Assembly: GCA_012026655.1 (NCBI GenBank)
Contig: JAAILG010001122.1
Span: forward strand, 1-64,000
DNA length: 64,000 nucleotides
Direction of reading: 5' to 3'
Source: Hydrolagus affinis
Taxonomy: Eukaryota
Shown here: positions 61,421-64,000 of the stretch, piece after piece
Position numbering within the stretch: position 1 is the stretch's first letter
Layout of the letters: each line of letters begins with the position of its first letter
Program-made: the position numbers and the translations under genes
Notes under the pieces: model-generated
What the model was told of the DNA's origin: nothing
Seen by the model: the letters and a program-made list of their open reading frames with translations, nothing else
Databases searched by the model: none

Positions 61421-62654
61421 TTATCTCCTAAGTTTAGCACCAAGCACAGCGCAGCGCAGCACTGAATTGCTTTGGGTTGACAAAGCACTTTTTGCTGCAC
61501 ATTTAAGTATGGATTACCTTTTTGTTCATTGCAGGGTTTCCTTCCAACACATTGAGCGCAAACCATCTGCGAACCGTGAGCAACTGAGATGGCTCGGAAT
61601 AATATACAGAGATATGGTTCCTTGCAAACAATGTTTGAGTCGGAATAGAAATATATGTAGGATTGTTGCTGTTGTTGTTGATGCTTTTTTTTTGTTCTGG
61701 TTGGGCAAGTATTTGCCAATGGAAGACACTAGGAATAGCGAATCAGGATTTGAGGGGGGGTGTGGGTATGGGGGTGTGGGTGGGGGGAATGATAGGGATT
61801 GAGGATCTGAACTGTAAATCTAACCCCCGCCCCCCCCCTCCCTTCCCTGGTGGTTTGAGTTCCACCCACCGCATCCGAATCGATTGACAATCACGGGGGG
61901 TGGGGGGGGTGGGGGGATAAAAATTGTCACGTGGAATCCGGCGTGAAACGCTTGCGAATTTCACCCACGTGGAAATAATAATCCTCGCGTTTGACGACAC
62001 AATCAGCTTTTCAATCAGAGTTTGGGAAGAGGACGGAGGTCTCAAAGCCCCTCGCGGATTTTGCTGTAAAATGCAGCGGCTGCGTAAATTTCGTCGAGCG
62101 TCAGGAATTTCGCGTGCGGAACCCGCCGCAACGCGAGCGCTCGAGTTTAGCATTGGCCAGAACGACGGTAGAGAGAGAGAGAGAGAGAGCGTAATGTTAC
62201 GCGTAAACCTAGTGCAGCAGCCGTCGTGTGCTCTCAGCTCGTTGATTCCGTTGAATCTTTTCATTGCCTTTTTAATCATGTGAAGCTATCTCAGAGGAGG
62301 AACTTTATACTGTAGTTTGTCTCGGCTCCCAGTCCTCAATCAGCCGGGCGGCTGGAGGACACCGGCTGGCGAGAGTAGTCACGAATTTGTAAAAATTAAT
62401 CTGAGTTTTTGACAGGACAGGAGCCTCGAAAGAGAAAACGAGACTTGGCATTTTTTGATCTGAAATGGATTTCCCATGTAAAAATTCTGTGAATGCATCT
62501 ACTGTTTTTTTCTCGAATTGAGAGCTTGTGTCTTTTGATTTTTTGTGGCGAGTTGAAATTGAATTGAAATGTCAGAGTTTTTATTTAACCCATAAAATCC
62601 CAAATAGGTAGACTGTATAGATAGACTGTAGATGAACTTGGAAAAGTAATTTGA

Positions 62655-62683
62655 TGAGATGAGATGAGATGAGATGAGATGAG
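62655..62683. repeat. (GAGAT)n microsatellite
   Basis: Direct reading. Confidence 0.95.
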
Positions 62684-62980
62684 CCTGGGAAATCTTGAAA
62701 GCATCCTCCTAATGTCACCCTTCTGAAAGTTTGGCTGGATAGCTTGCCTTCAGAGAAGCTGTGCTGGGTGTTAACTGAGCAGAAGGAAGAGAGGTTTGGT
62801 CAGTACATGAACATTCAATCAACTTGGGAGCTTTGAATAGCCTTTCCAACAAATCTACCTTCCTGCCATAACAATCAATGTTGCTTAATAGCAGGTTTTG
62901 AGTTATTACTGTGAACAACCTTTATACTGCCAAATATACAGGATAATTACACAGTAAAATGCTCGGTTTAGAGCTTACAG

Positions 62981-63281
62981 ATAATAATAATAATCCTTCC
63001 ACTTGATGTAGCGCTTTTCAGGTCTTCCAGACTGTGTCTCAAAGCGCTTCGCAGAATATACTGTAAAGTGATTTAACTGTAGACTTGTGGGCAGCCAATT
63101 GTGCACAGCAGCGTTCCCCCCCACCCCCCCCCCACAAACAGTCGTGGGTTGAGGAGAACAATTTATTATTGTTTTGTTTTCTTGAGGGATTATTAAACTT
63201 GCCCAAGGTTTCACGCCAGCTGGGAATCGAACCCAGGTCTCTCACTTGCCAGGTAAGACTGTTCTAACCACTGAGCTACAG
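62981..63281 (-). mobile_element. tRNA/Deu SINE, full length, diverged
   Basis: Tail, core, AAACTTGCCCAAGGTTTC, GGAATCGAACCC and CCACTGAGCTACAG. Confidence 0.9.
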
Positions 63282-64000
63282 ACCCTCAGAGTAGGGAGCG
63301 ATTGCGAAAGTGAAAGTCCAGGTTGAGTTTTATTTTCCTTGCGCCATTTGGATAAAATTGCAAACTCCAAACGGCCTTAGATTTATTCATGAACCTTTCC
63401 GCCAAAAAGAAAAGGGCAACCTTGAAAACCAGGACATTGATCAAATAGTTTGGCACTCCCAGGATTTATCTTCATATATTTGACAGGACTAACTAGTTTG
63501 GACTGTTTTGTGGTTTTTGGGGAGGGTTTTTTTATTTTCTTTCTTTCAAGCAACACATTGAGAACATTCACGCGTATGTTTGTGAAGTTATGCAAATTGT
63601 CCACGCCTTGTTTTCGGAGCCAAAAATCTTTATCGTGATAACATAAAAGGCAATTAATCATGGGGCAGCGACAAAGTGATTCTACGAAGAGTGATTCAAG
63701 AGATTTTGGAGAGAGGGTGTGAAAGGGGGGCATTTGAAAGAAGTTGAATTGTAAATTTGCATTAAAGATTGGATTGAATCAACATTGCGTTTTGTGGGTT
63801 AACTGACATTATTACAGTAGAGAGTGGCAAAGAGATCCTGTAAAATTGGATTCCATATTTGTGTCAATGTATATTCAGGAGAGGAGTGGGGGGGAGAAAA
63901 CTGGAGGGATGGCAGGCAAAGCCATCACTTACTGCAGAGGCACTGGAGAATGTGGCTATGAGAGATGAGGCTCTTTGCTGACATTAAAGTACATTTCAAA

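Noticed and set aside
1-64000. CRISPR-like array or prokaryotic defence system
   Set aside because: Repeats are dispersed 100-350 bp retroposons, not regularly spaced direct repeats; there are no operons or cas-like ORFs.

Overview
Vertebrate-type, repeat-rich non-coding genomic DNA with one 100-N assembly gap (22510-22609). I recognise no protein-coding gene, rRNA, functional tRNA, CRISPR array or intact autonomous transposon. The supplied ORFs are short and mostly come from SINEs or microsatellites. The dominant feature is a tRNA-headed SINE with a Deu-domain-like core, an L2-like 3' stem-loop and an (ATT)n tail. It occurs as about a dozen full or near-full copies plus about 30 fragments. 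Older SINE layers (a longer precursor subfamily, ancient Deu-SINE remnants, an LF-SINE/AmnSINE2-like remnant) and short 3' fragments of CR1 and L2 LINEs are also present. From memory, this repeat set fits a cartilaginous fish, most likely a chimaera such as Callorhinchus milii; this is inference, not a database result. Between the repeats lie AT-rich, repeat-free blocks full of homeodomain-type motifs, as expected for conserved non-coding elements in a gene desert or giant intron. The most unusual structures are a 186-bp inverted repeat with a perfect 36-bp inner stem (37382-37567), a pre-miRNA-like fold-back of a SINE tail (33839-33927), and a diverged non-transposon unit recurring at about 2.9-kb spacing (56635, 59563, possibly 62470). 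Boundaries of repeat fragments were set by eye and are approximate.
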